DNA of 64,000 bases from Macrostomum lignano. Its lineage: Eukaryota. Numbering within the stretch: the first letter of the stretch is position 1; each line of letters starts with the position of its first letter. The position numbers were made by a program, and so were the translations under genes. The notes beneath the pieces are model-generated. The model did no database searches, was not told where the DNA came from, and saw only the letters and a list, made by a program, of their open reading frames with translations. This document shows positions 43,881 through 57,500 of the stretch, piece after piece. The stretch lies in the NCBI GenBank assembly GCA_002269645.1, contig NIVC01001242.1, forward strand, positions 1-64,000, written 5' to 3'.

Positions 43881-46800
43881 TCAGAAAAACACCTCCTGTG
43901 GACACGGCGGCATTCCGTCCGGTCTCAGGTGTCCAACTCGAACACCGGTTGGACCGTTCAAGAAGAATCTGTCCCACGGGCTTCGATGCTTCACTTCGTG
44001 AGCTCGTCGGAGCTTCAGGAAAACAAGAATACCTGCAGGTGAAAATGAATTTAAACAAAATAACGAAGCCTCGCTCGTTAACTATGTAAAACAACGGACT
44101 CACCAATGCAGGCGCCAATGACAATGATCGTGGATGAAACAATTCCTGCAATCAATGCACTCGCACTTCTAGACGAGTCTTGTTTTGAATCCTTGTTGGA
44201 GTCCGGCTCAGAACACGTGGGACCGTGCCACCCAGCTGCGCACTCACACCTGCAACAGTTCGGACTCACGTGCGATGATAAATGACTATTTTATTAGCTA
44301 TTGCTAATAAACTTACCTATACGTGACAAAGAAAAAATTCCAACACGTAGCGTCATTCTGACAAGATTTTGAAGTCTCGCAACGAGTTTCAACTTTAGAG
44401 ATAAAGCGACTCCTACTGACTTGCTGGCAACAATTGTTCTTGGAAGCCTCTCGGTCCAAGTGGAATCGTTTTGTTTGAAGATCAACGGCCAAACTTCATT
44501 GATTCTGGGGGCAGATATAACACCTCGAAACGCAGAAATATTTGATGAAAGAAGCCGAGCAATGTCTGTTGGCAGTGCCGCCATGGATCGTCTCGATCGC
44601 CGGCTGGGATTAAACGATGGAGCCGGAGCTGGCTTGGCGCCGCTGAAGCCGCCGATGATGAGCTGGCCTGACAGCTGCGGCAGCGGACTCGCACTGCTCA
44701 GCGATGCCGACCTGACTGAAGATGACACTGACAGCGACAGCGAACGACCCGATATCGACACGGAGATCTTCACGGAGACGAAGCTTCCATTGGCCACCGA
44801 GTCTGGGGACGTCAGCCCTGCGATGATGGAGCCGTTGCCGTGCAGTAACTGGGCGGACAGACGGCCGGAGTAATCGATCTGAAAAATTCAAGTAAAACCA
44901 AACATAAAAATATCTTGAAACCTACAAAGGAGTACCATTACGCTCTTAAGAACACTGACCGTAGCGAGCAGTCTCGGAGTGGTCGCCGAGTCGTTCGGGT
45001 CGCCCAGCAGCAGCAGAAACGCTCCTCGAGACAAAGTCACCAGCCTCAGCTCAATCGTCCACGAGTCTCCGCCATACACACTTGACACACCTGCTGCAGA
45101 CGCGAAGATCGCTGATGACACGTTGCCGCCCACACCCAGTGAGAACGATGGAAGCTCAACAGAGCAGTTTCGACCTCCGAAGTCCGCAGCGCAGTGGCAC
45201 ACAAAGTCGTTCCACACATCTGAGCACATCGAGCTCGTCTTTGCTTCACAAGGCGACGGGCTGCCGCACTGCACCGACCGACTGCAGACTCCCCAGGTCG
45301 CGTTGCTCGACTCCGCCGTGGTCTCCGTGGCGACCAATTTCGAGTCGTTCGTCACGAGCCGCAGGTCTCTCACGCAGCCGCGGAAGCCACCGCCGTCGAT
45401 GCCGGATCCGCTCTCGCCGCCGACACGAACTGACATTCGACTGTTCGGCTTGAATGAGTCCGACAGTCCGTCGACCAGCTGTGCTCGAGGCATCTGACTC
45501 ACTCCTGACTCACTGCGACTCAATGTCGCACTGCCATTGGTCAGCGATACCGACAGCGTCAGCCAATCAGTAGAGGCCAAGCTGTCGCTGATTGGCCAAG
45601 CGACTCGACCAATCACAGACGATGAGGAATTGAAGAACAACAGCACGAGACTGGAGTCGTGAGCGCCGACTCGGATGTCTCCCCAGTGAGACGAGAGCCG
45701 GACCAGGTCGAAGTGGGCGAGAGTCGTGCGGAACGACAGCTCGAAAGTGCAGTCAGCTGTTGTGGTGAAATTGGCGCTGAAACTGGACGTCCCGCTGAAT
45801 GAAACTAGAGTGGTCTCGTTGCACTTCGGTCCAGACCAGCCAGGCTTGCAGGTGCAGCGATGTCCGTGAGCAGGTGACGGCAGCTCCTGAAGAAGCAGCG
45901 CCTCGCAAGTAGCATTGTTCTGGCACGGGCTGGAGTCGCAGCCAGTCAGTCTGACGCTGCAGTTTTTGCCTCCGAACTCAGCGGGGCAGCCGGTGCAGGC
46001 ATAATCCGCTACCAGGTCCTTGCAGACGGCTCCGTTCTGACAAGGCACTCGCTCGCACTCGTCGATGTCGACTGAGCAGATCGGGCCCTCGTAGCCGGGC
46101 AGGCAGTGGCAGGTGAATGAGGCCAGGCCGTCCGTACAGTTTGACGCGTGAGCGCACACGCTGCGGTTGGTGTCCGGTTTCAGACAGTCGTTCGGGTTGA
46201 TGGAGCACGTGTCTCCGTAGGCTCCTGTTAAAAAGTATTTTGCAAGTGGTAATAGCTGGCAGAGCTATTAGTGACCCCGATTTGTGTAACTTTCCTCTTA
46301 TTAGCTCCGAGCGTAGTATTTTTTGGGTGTTCTAGCTCGTATGCTTACTAGTGAATTTTTTTTTATTAGCATATACGACAGAAAAGAGGTTTTGAAATAT
46401 TTTACTTTGGTAGTTTTCAGTAGAAGCCAATAATTTAACGTGATCTACGAAGACCTTTTGCTGAAAGTCTGACCAAATCTTGGGTTCAAACAGACTAAAT
46501 ATATGAAACTCTGTGATTTTCAAGGAAAAGCATTACCGTAGGCAAAGTATGCAAAATTCGATGCTATAAAGTTGGATGCAGAGCCGTTTTGCAGCAGCGA
46601 AATTGATGATAATTTAGCGATTTAGCGAATGGTACAATGACTGTACCTAAGGTAGTTTGTTAATACAGTATTTGGGTCGTTTCAGCTTTTGGGAATTTTA
46701 AATTACGATAATAATTTCTAGTCTAAAAAGTTTATTTTTCTCAACTTAAGTCTTAATTTTGCTAGTTTTAAAGACGGCAATTTTTTTTGTTTAACACATC

Positions 46801-49044
46801 GACTCCATTTTAATTCATGGTGTCGGTGTCAACAGATTTATAATATACCTAATATTTAGATTGCGCTATTAGTTATCATTGTAGTCATCGCGATAGTCTG
46901 TAGTTTTAGAAATATTATTACAGCAGGCATTTGTTGGCAGTAAGGCAGTAATGCTTCATAAATTTAATCTCACCTTTCGGACACTGGCAGACAAAGCCAG
47001 CTGCTAGGGAGTAGTTGAAAGTGCCGTTGAATGACGGCGGAAGTGACGGATCTTCGTAGATTTTTTTGTTGCTGCGCTCTAGACAGATGCCATGGTTGTG
47101 ACATCTGTTTGGCGTGCAATCAATTATTTCATTGGAGCAGTCTGTACTGTCAAATCCATCGTAGCATTTGCAGCTGTACGAGTTGATGCCATCGATGCAT
47201 GTCGCTCCGTTTTTGCACGGGTTCGGCTGGCAATCGTCAATGTTCGTTTCGCAGTTCTGACCTGCAGTGGAAAATAGCCAGCAAAAACAGGACCAAATTA
47301 AATATTTTATTTCAGAGGCTGGTACTGATTTTCCAACCATGTTTTCTCTTTTTTGTAACTTTAGAACGCTATGTGTTTTCACTGAGGTGAACTCTGCTTA
47401 TATAATTTGCATAATTTTGCTGTAAAATACTTTTTCATGCGAATTAAGTTTGCTTCTCAACTGCACAATCTTCTCATTTTTTGTACCTCATGTGATTTCG
47501 GTTACAAACGAATGCTGGTTATTGCCGGACCAAGGGAGGAGTAGCACAGTGTTCTAATGATTAAGCTGTTTTCCTTTTCTACTAGGTTCTTTACATTACT
47601 TTGCTTTCTACGAGCGGATGCATATCAATGCATTAATACTTAATTTCATGCCAGTATTCATTTTTTCATGTCATATCAACTCATTGTGATGGAGTAAAAA
47701 TAGTTCGTTATGCCTTGCGGTGTTACAATGTTATGACACAATTTTACGAGTTTCAGGCTGAGTGTTTTTCGTTAGATTTCAGGAGTCCCAATTAAATTTT
47801 AGTTTTGGATTTCAACTCCATGAAAAAACAATGAAAAAATGTGAGGTTTTTGTTACAAATTGGCTGGTTGGTCGAGCATTATGTACACTCATTCCGTATA
47901 CATGTACATGAGACGCGCCCAGATGTCAGTTAAATAGGCGTGTCGGATTACATTCACGTAGTCTGCAAGCTGACATTGGTCAGAAATAACACAAGTGCCA
48001 ACATACCAAAACTTAGCTAGCTGACTAAAGTTTGTGCGATACCGTCCAAGTTATTTCACCAATGCAGTCTGGCTTCTCATTTCAATATTTTTAACAAAAT
48101 GCTATCCATACGCTGTCAACAACTATCAAAAATTAAACGACAGTAAAAGTTAATACCCGACAAAGGGACTGGACTGGAAGACTCTGGTCACTCGTCATCC
48201 GTCTTCTTATCGCGAAAATCTACGCTCGTATAGTATTTTGTTAGCCTTCGTTGCCTATTGTGTCAGCAAGTTATTGGGGTCCTAAAAGTGGTTGCAATAA
48301 CCTGAGATTATAAAATTAATACAACTTCTGCCAATTCGAAACCACGATTACACCACTATAGCAGTAGTGCAGCAACTGAGTAACCGTCCCGTGATTTCGT
48401 AAAGGTAAATGATTATTTAAGAAAATTCTACGTAACTATCAGTTTTAGCTACACTCGTAGTTCACCACCACTAAAAAATCGATACGTATAATAGGTCAGT
48501 AATGTAGATGAAGCCCCCGTTTAGAAATAATCTGACAGGTATCCTACAGCTGACCAAATTTGTGTCGGCAAGTGCTTGATTGAAATTCTAGGACAGACTC
48601 TGCTTATTATAACATTCCTCACGCAGTTACCTGATGTTTTTATAATCAAAACTTGAAAAACACAGGTGTGAATAGCTATTGACTCACCGGTGAATCCGGG
48701 AGCGCAGCTGCAGCTGTACCAGGGACTGGAATCTTTGCTGCTGCAGGTGCCTCCGTTCTGGCACTTAGATGGTTCTGTTGAACAGTATTTGATACGAACT
48801 GTGCAATAAGAGCCTGAATACGGCTCAAGACACACGCATGGAGGTGATGTATTGGTAGGGTGCGGCCAGCAATAGCCTCCATGCTTGCAGCTGCTGTTTT
48901 TGCACCCATTATTGTTCGCAAATGTCACTAAAGAAAATTTTCGGGACAATATAAAAAATTGAACGGATTTTTTTTTATTATCATGCATAAATTTTTAGCT
49001 TACTCACACAAGAAACTAACTGACAAAATGATGTAAACAAACAT
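43881..49044 (-). CDS. Crumbs-derived EGF/LamG receptor D (9 EGF, 2 LamG, TM, EVFF tail); one 1-bp frameshift (assembly error or pseudogenising lesion)
   Basis: Exons 49008-49044 ([12 protein letters not shown], short signal peptide), 48688-48927, 46974-47261, 44960-46224, 44317-44878, 44104-44249, 43881-44032. Exon 44317-44878 is 562 nt versus 563 in paralog B; the A-run at 44403-44405 has 3 A where B has 4. Corrected length 896 aa. Confidence 0.75.
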
Positions 49045-50278
49045 TAACACCTGTGAACCAGTGCCGATTAAACTTCGCTGGAACTCCAGCTTACCAGTAG
49101 CTTCCGAGGCGCTCTGAATTGTAATTTATAATTTGACTTAAAAGCTGTTTTTCTCTATTTAAAAATTATTTCCATGGAAAAGTTTTAGTTTTTACCCTAG
49201 GATTTTGCTTCCTATTGACAAATCTTCATTGACAAACCTTCGTAAGCTACCAAATTGAACCTGAAGCTGCAGTCTGAAGTGCATGCGTCTGCCTGGATGG
49301 AGATTAACTCTGGCTTACTATAGGCTACTTTTTACAGATGTTAACTAGACGTAAGAACAGAAAAATTAAGCTAGTAGGGTTCCGATGGAATTTCAGAAGT
49401 TGCTAAATGTGTCTTTTATAAAAGAGTTTTCCTAAACAGTGAAAAAAGCGATTCGTTTGTTATTATTTGCTCGGCTTGATTAAATAGAGAGCCATATTTT
49501 ACATTAAAAAGTAAAGCGAAAAAATATGCCAGTAAGAGAAGTATGTCGTTACCTTTTTCATTTTTCGCTTTTTCCGCTCCAATTTATTGTCTAGAAAAAA
49601 TTATTGAAATATATAATATTTCAATTTCTTTGCAGACTTCGCTCAGAGATACTCCTAATTTGATGAGCGTTAAATTTATAAGAGTTACAAAATATAATTG
49701 TGCTCGATATTAAATTGCAACTCTAGCTATCAATGCGAAAATTTCCGTGCTCCCCATACTGTATATCCAGAAAAAGAAGCAAACTAAATAGAGAAATTTA
49801 GTATCCTCAATTCAAACATTCCGCTTCTGTAAACAGCTTACTGTATATTGCCAGGTTGATAGAAAGCACACGGGCTGGGCTAAAACCCTTTCCACTGCGT
49901 TTCTGCTTTGCGTGAAAGCGCATGACTCAAGCGGCCCAAATAAACAACAAGTTTGTTAAGAAAAGATCAACAGAAAACTTGTTAATTAAGGCATGCTAGG
50001 CAATCTACACTGAAAAACAGGATGTTAATGAAGCTATTTTTAGCCTATTAAACCTGTTTATGAAAATGTACGAGTAATCCGTTTAAGAAGTGTTTATTTT
50101 ACCACTTGGGTGCGACGCTGGGTTCGTGCGCTCATTATTCAAACGTACTTGGGTGCTTTTAAGTGAGAACGCGGCATCAATTTATAATGTGAGTGTCTGT
50201 TGAAGAACACAAAGCCTTTCAATTTGTGCGAGTAAATTAAAACCTTAAAACCCCTTAGTAAAAATCTAAGGAGGCATC

Positions 50279-50633
50279 TTTTATTAGAGACAGGGTGGGC
50301 GGCTGTGTGTAGTCTGGTGCACTTTAAGCGACATTGTCACACAACCGGCGAGAGGTGCATTACTGTCTATTCTGCAGACTCCCCTGAGCAGGCACACAAG
50401 ATACGTACGCAGTCATACGCGCAGGCACACATCACACAGGAGTGTACAGCGGCCCTAACTCTTTTTATTGCTAAGCATGTACACTTCACTGTTCCTTGCA
50501 GTTGTCCCTCAAAGGTGTTAAAGAGCCAAGCCGAGATTCCAATTTAATCTTAAATTAATGTGGCTGCACTTGGAATCGAGCCTGGGCCGCTGACACATAA
50601 GAGTGCCGCGCCAGACCACTGGGCTGTCGTGCC
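50279..50633 (-). mobile_element. tRNA-derived SINE, copy 2
   Basis: Colinear with 449-808 over about 350 bp; A/B boxes at the 50633 end. Confidence 0.75.
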
Positions 50634-51311
50634 AAATAAGCAATATTTCTATTCACGCAAAAATTCTCCTCAATTAGTCGAGTATAATGTACTCGTGCTT
50701 AGTGCTATTTAGTTTGATCAACTTAAATTTTACCGACAGAAGTTACTTTAGTAACTTTTGGCATCTTAAATTTGTCAGCTAAATTGACAATGTCTGGCAT
50801 TTCTTATGAATATACTTCATGACTTTATCAGTTGATGAACGTCGATGAGTAAAGTGTGATCTCTGTTGTCGCATCTGTGCATTTCGATGTGTTTGTGTAA
50901 TTTATAGTTAAGGTTATAATATGCTGCAGTTTGAATCCTTAAAGCGAGTATAAAAAACCCGACTTTTCTTTGGTAACTAAGATGACAGTTGTAATTTAGG
51001 CGAAAAGCTGCAGTTACTGTTTTGCCAACAAAGCTGTAAATAATGTACGCTTTCTCATACTGAGAAGCTTCAGAAAAACAGCAAATTACAATATTTCGCG
51101 TGGTAAATTTATGCAACCTCTTTGTCCGCTTGTGGCAAAGAGTTGCTACCAGGTACTAGTAATACGTAAGTATGAGATGCGGAAAAAATGAAAACAAATC
51201 ATTGCTACGAAACAGTTGATACTTTTGTAAACTTAATCAAATGTGACCACAGACAAAGAAAAAAAACCAAGAGGTAAATCTTTTATACAAACGTTTGACC
51301 AGGTATTGATA

Positions 51312-51582
51312 TACTCAGCAACATTGAAAAGTCCCCATCATGGAAGATTCCTTCCGCGGTCGCCACTTTTGAGAGAGCAGGTAAAGTCTCAATCTTTGCG
51401 AGTAACGCAACTTGCTACGCCTCGGCAGACTTGAGTTGAGGAATGAAGTGGGGGAGCGGTGTGCGAGGGTTGGACGGATTGAAGCTACCCCGGTTAGTTT
51501 TCTCGTAACTTTTATTTCAGAATAGTCCAAGAGAAATTTCTCACTGGAGCACAGAGTTGCGACTTTTCAATGTTGCTGAGTA
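51312..51582. mobile_element. TA-flanked MITE, copy 2
   Basis: TIR TACTCAGCAACATTGAAAAGTC, TA TSD, internal sequence homologous to 873-1113. Confidence 0.8.
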
Positions 51583-51585
51583 TAT

Positions 51586-54500
51586 TTAATCATCTCTGCT
51601 CACTGAATTTTGGGGTAATTCTTCCGCATTATTTGTGCCTTTGATATCCACATACACGATATCCGGTTTCGCATATGATTCGGCGCTAGTTTCCCCATCA
51701 GGGTTAAATAGCTCCACTCTGGGCCTCGGTTTTGGCGCCTGTTGACCCGGCTGTGAATCATCTTGCCAACCGCTGTTTGTCGCTGCTTCAGCAGGAGTCT
51801 GAACTATATCGGCCACCTAGTGAATTAAGCGTGTATCGTTCGTTTAGTTTGCTTATGTATTCTTTGCAAATGACTCAATACTGTTAAAGAATAAGCAAAT
51901 GTCACTAACATTTTGTCCAGACGATCCGATATAGTCATATTCTCCGGTGACAATTGTACTTTCCTGTGTAGGAAACGGATTATAAATTCATAAAGTATTC
52001 AATGAACGCTACAATAATTTTTTATCAATAAAATAACAGCACATTGGGCGGAAGTCATACGTGTTGTCGGTCAGCAACCGCATAAGTTGAATCAGGCAGT
52101 CTGCCTAACTCAGTTGCCTCGGGTGCTGTGCGCCCCGCCTCCACCAGTCTCTGTCATATAATAAAACATTAAAGGAAACAACGCCATGTGGTTAAAATTC
52201 ATTAGAATAATGCTGACTACTGATATAAGAGCGAATGAGAGAGAGAGGGACGTTGCCAGGCTGAAATATTTGCGCCCTTTTTCCAGCAACCGTGGCGCCA
52301 CTGTTACCCATTTTAGCGTTCCCTAACAATTACTTTGGCAATGGCGCCCCTGGTGCTGGCGCCCCTGGTGCTGGCGCCCCTGGTGCTGGCGCCCCTGGTG
52401 CTGGCGCCCCTGGTGCTGGCGCCCCTGGTGCTGGCGCCCCTGGTGCTGGCGCCCCTGGTGCTGGCGCCCCTGGTGCTGGCGCCCCTGGTGCTGGCGCCCC
52501 TGGTGCTGGCGCCCCTGGTGCTGGCGCCCCTGGTGCTGGCGCCCCTGGTGCTGGCGCCCCTGGTGCTGGCGCCCCTTGTGCTGGCGCCCCTGGTGCTGGC
52601 GCCCCTGGTGCTGGCGCCCCTGGTGCTGGCGCCCCTGGTGCTGGCGCCCCTGGTGCTGGCGCCCCTGGTGCTGGCGCCCCTGGTGCTGGCGCCCCTGGTG
52701 CTGGCGCCCCTGGTGCTGGCGCCCCTGGTGCTGGCGCCCCTGGTGCTGGCGCCCCTGGTGCTGGCGCCCCTGGTGCTGGCGCCCCTGGTGCTGGCGCCCC
52801 TGGTGCTGGCGCCCCTGGTGCTGGCGCCCCTGGTGCTGGCGCCCCTGGTGCTGGCGCCCCTGGTGCTGGCGCCCCTGGTGCTGGCGCCCCTGGTGCTGGC
52901 GCCCCTGGTGCTGGCGCCCCTGGTGCTGGCGCCCCTGGTGCTGGCGCCCCTGGTGCTGGCGCCCCTGGTGCTGGCGCCCCTGGTGCTGGCGCCCCTGGTG
53001 CTGGCGCCCCTGGTGCTGGCGCCCCTGGTGCTGGCGCCCCTGGTGCTGGCGCCCCTGGTGCTGGCGCCCCTGGTGCTGGCGCCCCTGGTGCTGGCGCCCC
53101 TGGTGCTGGCGCCCCTGGTGCTGGCGCCCCTGGTGCTGGCGCCCCTGGTGCTGGCGCCCCTGGTGCTGGCGCCCCTGGTGCTGGCGCCCCTGGTGCTGGC
53201 GCCCCTGGTGCTGGCGCCCCTGGTGCTGGCGCCCCTGGTGCTGCGCGCCCTGGTGCTGGCGCCCCTGGTGCTGGCGCCCCTGGTGCTGGCGCCCCTGGTG
53301 CTGGCGCCCCTGGTGCTGGCGCCCCTGGTGCTGGCGCCCCTGGTGCTGGCGCCCCTGGTGCTGGCGCCCCTGGTGCTGGCGCCCCTGGTGCTGGCGCCCC
53401 TGGTGCTGGCGCCCCTGGTGCTGGCGCCCCTGGTGCTGGCGCCCCTGGTGCTGGCGCCCCTGGTGCTGGCGCCCCTGGTGCTGGCGCCCCTGGTGCTTGC
53501 GCCCCTGGTGCTTGCGCCCCTGGTGCTTGCGCCCCTGGTGCTTGCGCCCCTGGTGCTTGCGCCCCTGGTGCTAAAGCCCCTGGTGCTTGCGCCCCTGGTG
53601 CTAAAGCCCCTGGTGCTTGCGCCCCTGGTGCTAAAGCCCCTGGTGCTAAAGCCCCTGGTGCTAAAGCCCCTGGTGCTAAAGCCCCTGGTGCTAAAGCCCC
53701 TGGTGCTAAAGCCCCTGGTGCTAAAGCCCCTGGTGCTAAAGCCCCTGGTGCTAAAGCCCCTGGTGCTTGCGCCCCTGGTGCTTGCGCCCCTGGTGCTTGC
53801 GCCCCTGGTGCTTGCGCCCCTGGTGCTAAAGCCCCTGGTGCTAAAGTCCCTGGTGCTAAAGCCCCTGGTGCTAAAGCCCCTGGTGCTAAAGCCCCTGGTG
53901 CTAAAGCCCCTGGTGCTAAAGCCCCTGGTGCTAAAGCCCCTGGTGCTAAAGCCCCTGGTGCTTGCGCCCCTGGTGCTAAAGCCCCTGGTGCTAAAGCCCC
54001 TGGTGCTAAAGCCCCTGGTGCTAAAGCCCCTGGTGCTAAAGCCCCTGGTGCTAAAGCCCCTGGTGCTAAAGCCCCTGGTGCTAAAGCCCCTGGTGCTAAA
54101 GCCCCTGGTGCTAAAGCCCCTGGTGCTAAAGCCCCTGGTGCTAAAGCCCCTGGTGCTAAAGCCCCTGGTGCTAAAGCCCCTGGTGCTAAAGCCCCTGGTG
54201 CTAAAGCCCCTGGTGCTAAAGCCCCTTGTGCTAAAGCCCCTGGTGCTAAAGCCCCTGGTGCTAAAGCCCCTGGTGCTAAAGCACCTGGTGCTAAAGCCCC
54301 TGGTGATAAAGACTCGCTAAAATCCAGCCCCATCAATCGAAGTTCACAGTTTCGAGTGGCTCATGGGAAATCGTAAAAAAACATAAAATAAAATCTTTGC
54401 TAACATTTTTATTCCAACACCGATTTCTAAATTTAGGCCATGCGAACAACGACGCGAGGACAGCAGATATAGAAAAAATTGCTAAGATGGCGATAAATAC

Positions 54501-57500
54501 GTATTTCAATGCAGATAGTGAGCCTTCTGTTACTTGCGTCGCGGCGGAACCTTGTAAGGAGTGAAAAATAGAGTGGGAGACAGTACTGAAATTAATATAA
54601 AAATGATTCATCGCTCAAAATTCTGTATGGGATAATAAAGTTTGTGCAAGAAAATTGTATATGGACTAATAAAGTTCTGATAGGTGTGAAATCTACACGT
54701 ACATAGCATACTAAACATTTGAGAATAATTGTTTTGAACAATATCGTATTGCGAACCAAGCTAATGACTCGCACGAATTTCTCAAGAAAAACAAGTTTAC
54801 CCTCTGCCTGCTTACTGTTTCAAAGGCACACTAAGAAGGTACCACCACAGTGCAACATAATGATAAACAACAATCATTGGACTGTGTTTAGGCAGTAAGA
54901 AGTCAGTACTGCAGTAAAACTAAAGTAGAGAAGAGGGTTAGGCATTATACTACTTTTCTGAGACTAAAACCAGTCGTTCATTATCGTTGGAGAATAAAGA
55001 GAAGAGCAGGAGAAAGCAGTTAGAGAGAAGAGCCTATTTGTAAGGGACATGGCTTGGGTTTGCAAAACTGCTATACAAAAATAGAAATGAGATAATAGCA
55101 TGCAATGGCTCATGCAGAAAAAGGCGTACTTGTGAATCGTGATTCTTCACAGCCAGGTAAACACACAGAGCCGGACGCACGCGAAAAGCTAAACGAACTG
55201 TTGAAGGGCGATGGAAGGTCCGAACTGTTGTACAATGAGGCGTTGCTTTTTTCGAAACAGCAGAAACCTTCTCCGCAAGGATTGAGGTCGCAGTCCGGAA
55301 TGTCCTTGGAGCAGTCCTTGCCGTGGTAGCCCGAATGACATTCGCAGCTAAAAGTTGGGAGTACATGTATGTAGCTCGTACCAGTGGGTTACTCAGCCAT
55401 ATACTTTATTCACGATCGAAACATGCAGAAAGGCAACACCAGCGAACTTACACAAAATTGTTGTAGAAAATATCGTGACACGTCGCTCCGTTCTCACAAG
55501 GCTTGAAACGCTCGCAGACTTTTTCGGCCAGTTTTCCAAGAACCACATTTGTTGAGCCGCTCGGTTTAATTGCTCCAGGAAAACTTTCTTGTAGCGTTGC
55601 TGCTGGGGAGCTGAGAAGTAAAGCTGTGATTCCATTGATCCTGGTCGAGCCAATAATACCTCGAAATGCAGTAACATTGGCTACAGATGAAGATAAATTA
55701 GGATCCCAAACGGATCTTCTTGATCTGTCATTGCGGCTCAAAGGCGGAGCCGATGCTGCCGTGGCACCGTTAAAACCGCCGATGATGAGCTGGCCTGACA
55801 GCTGCGGCAGCGGACTCGCACTGCTCAGCGATGCCGACCTGACTGAAGATGACACTGACAGCGACAGCGAGCGACCCGATATAGACACAGAGATCTTCAC
55901 GGAGACGAAGCTGCCGGTAGCCACCGAGTCTGAGGACGTCAGCGCTGCGATATCGGAGCCGTTGCTGTGCAGTAACTGGGCGGACAGACGGCCAGAACGA
56001 TCGATCTGAAAAGATTTTAACAAACTGAAAGATCGCACTAAATCCAGAAAAAAGAACCATTAAGGACACTGACCGTAGCGAGCAGTCTCGGAGTGGTCGC
56101 CGAGTCGCTCGGGTCGCCCAGCAGCAGCAGAAACGCTCCTCGAGACAAAGTCACCAGCCTCAGCTCAATCGTCCACGAGTCTCCGCCAGACACACTTGAC
56201 GCATTTGGCAGAGAAGCGAAACTCGCAGACGATACAAGTCCGCTTATGCCGAACGAGTACTGTGGAAGCAGCACGGAGCAGTTTTTGCCTCCGAAGTGAG
56301 CGGGGCAGCCGGTGCAGGCATAATCCGCTACCAGGTCCTTGCAGACGTCTCCGTTCTGACACGGCTGTCCGAACCGCTCGCACTCGTTGATGTCGACTGA
56401 GCAGGTCGGGCCCTCGTAGCCGGGCAGGCAGTCGCAGGTGAAACTCCTGACACCATCGGTGCACCCGCCGCCGTGCTGGCACGGGCTCGACGCGCAGTCC
56501 TCGATCTTGGAACTGCAGGTGTCGCCTTGGAAGTCAACGCGAGAGCAGTCACAGGTGTATCTGTAAGTTTTGAAACCAGTTAGCTACAAATACATTTTGG
56601 TTACAGTTTGGTTTTGTACCAACTAGAATCACGCAACTTACGTTGAGTTTCCGTCCTTACAGACGCCGCCATTCCGGCAGGGCTTTGACAGGCAGTAGTC
56701 CGTATCTACGGAGCAGTTTGTGCCCTCCCAGCCTGTGAAGCAGGTGCAGCTGTAGTTTTGCACCAGGTCAATGCAAAGGCCATTGATGCAGGGCTGGTCA
56801 TAACACTCATTTATTTTGTTCTCACACCAGTCCCCAGTAAACCCTGTATCTGTGCAGTCGCAGGTGTATTTCTGACTTCATCGATACACTTCCCTTCGTT
56901 CTGACAGGGACTTGACAGACAGTTATCAATCCACGAGCTACAGGTTGAGTCTTGAAAGTCGATGCTGGTGCAATCGCAGCTAAATCTGCAGCATTTTTGT
57001 TGCATAAAATGAATCAATAATTGCAGCAGGGGAGGCTAAGAAATCTGTAGTAGCTCTGCAAAAGTTGTAGCTTTTTTTACTGTGTGGCGTTGGAAAACAT
57101 AAGGCTTTGTTCATCTACTTTTCAAGTAAAGAAACATTTTTTCAACATTTTAGCACTTTATATTACGCTAAAATTAAAAAAATCTAATGTAATTATAATT
57201 CCTAGATATGCTCAGAGCCACTCACGTGGAGTTTCCGTCGCTGCAGACGCCACCGTTCTGACAGGGCCCTGACAGGCAGTAGTCGGTGTCCACTGAACAG
57301 TTCTTGCCCTCCCAGCCTGTGAAGCAGCTGCAGCTGTAGTCTTTCACCAGGTCCGTGCACAGGCCGTTGGCGCAGGGCTTGCTGGCGCAGTCATCAATGT
57401 TGACCTCGCATCTGGAGCCATTGAATCCCGTGTCAGAACAGTTGCAGGTGAATCTGTCGAGGATACACACATTTCGGTATATTTTTTGTAGGTTTAAGAA

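Noticed and set aside
52110-52301. ORF with a hydrophobic stretch suggesting a separate small membrane protein
   Set aside because: The hydrophobic part is pyrimidine-rich intron sequence upstream of the acceptor at 52150; the predicted exon is read in another frame.
52292-54376. 660-694 aa GAPGA / APLVL / WCWRP ORFs resembling elastin, silk or collagen
   Set aside because: A pure 15-bp satellite open in several frames on both strands. The same unit occurs at three other sites, and this array lies inside a predicted intron of gene E.
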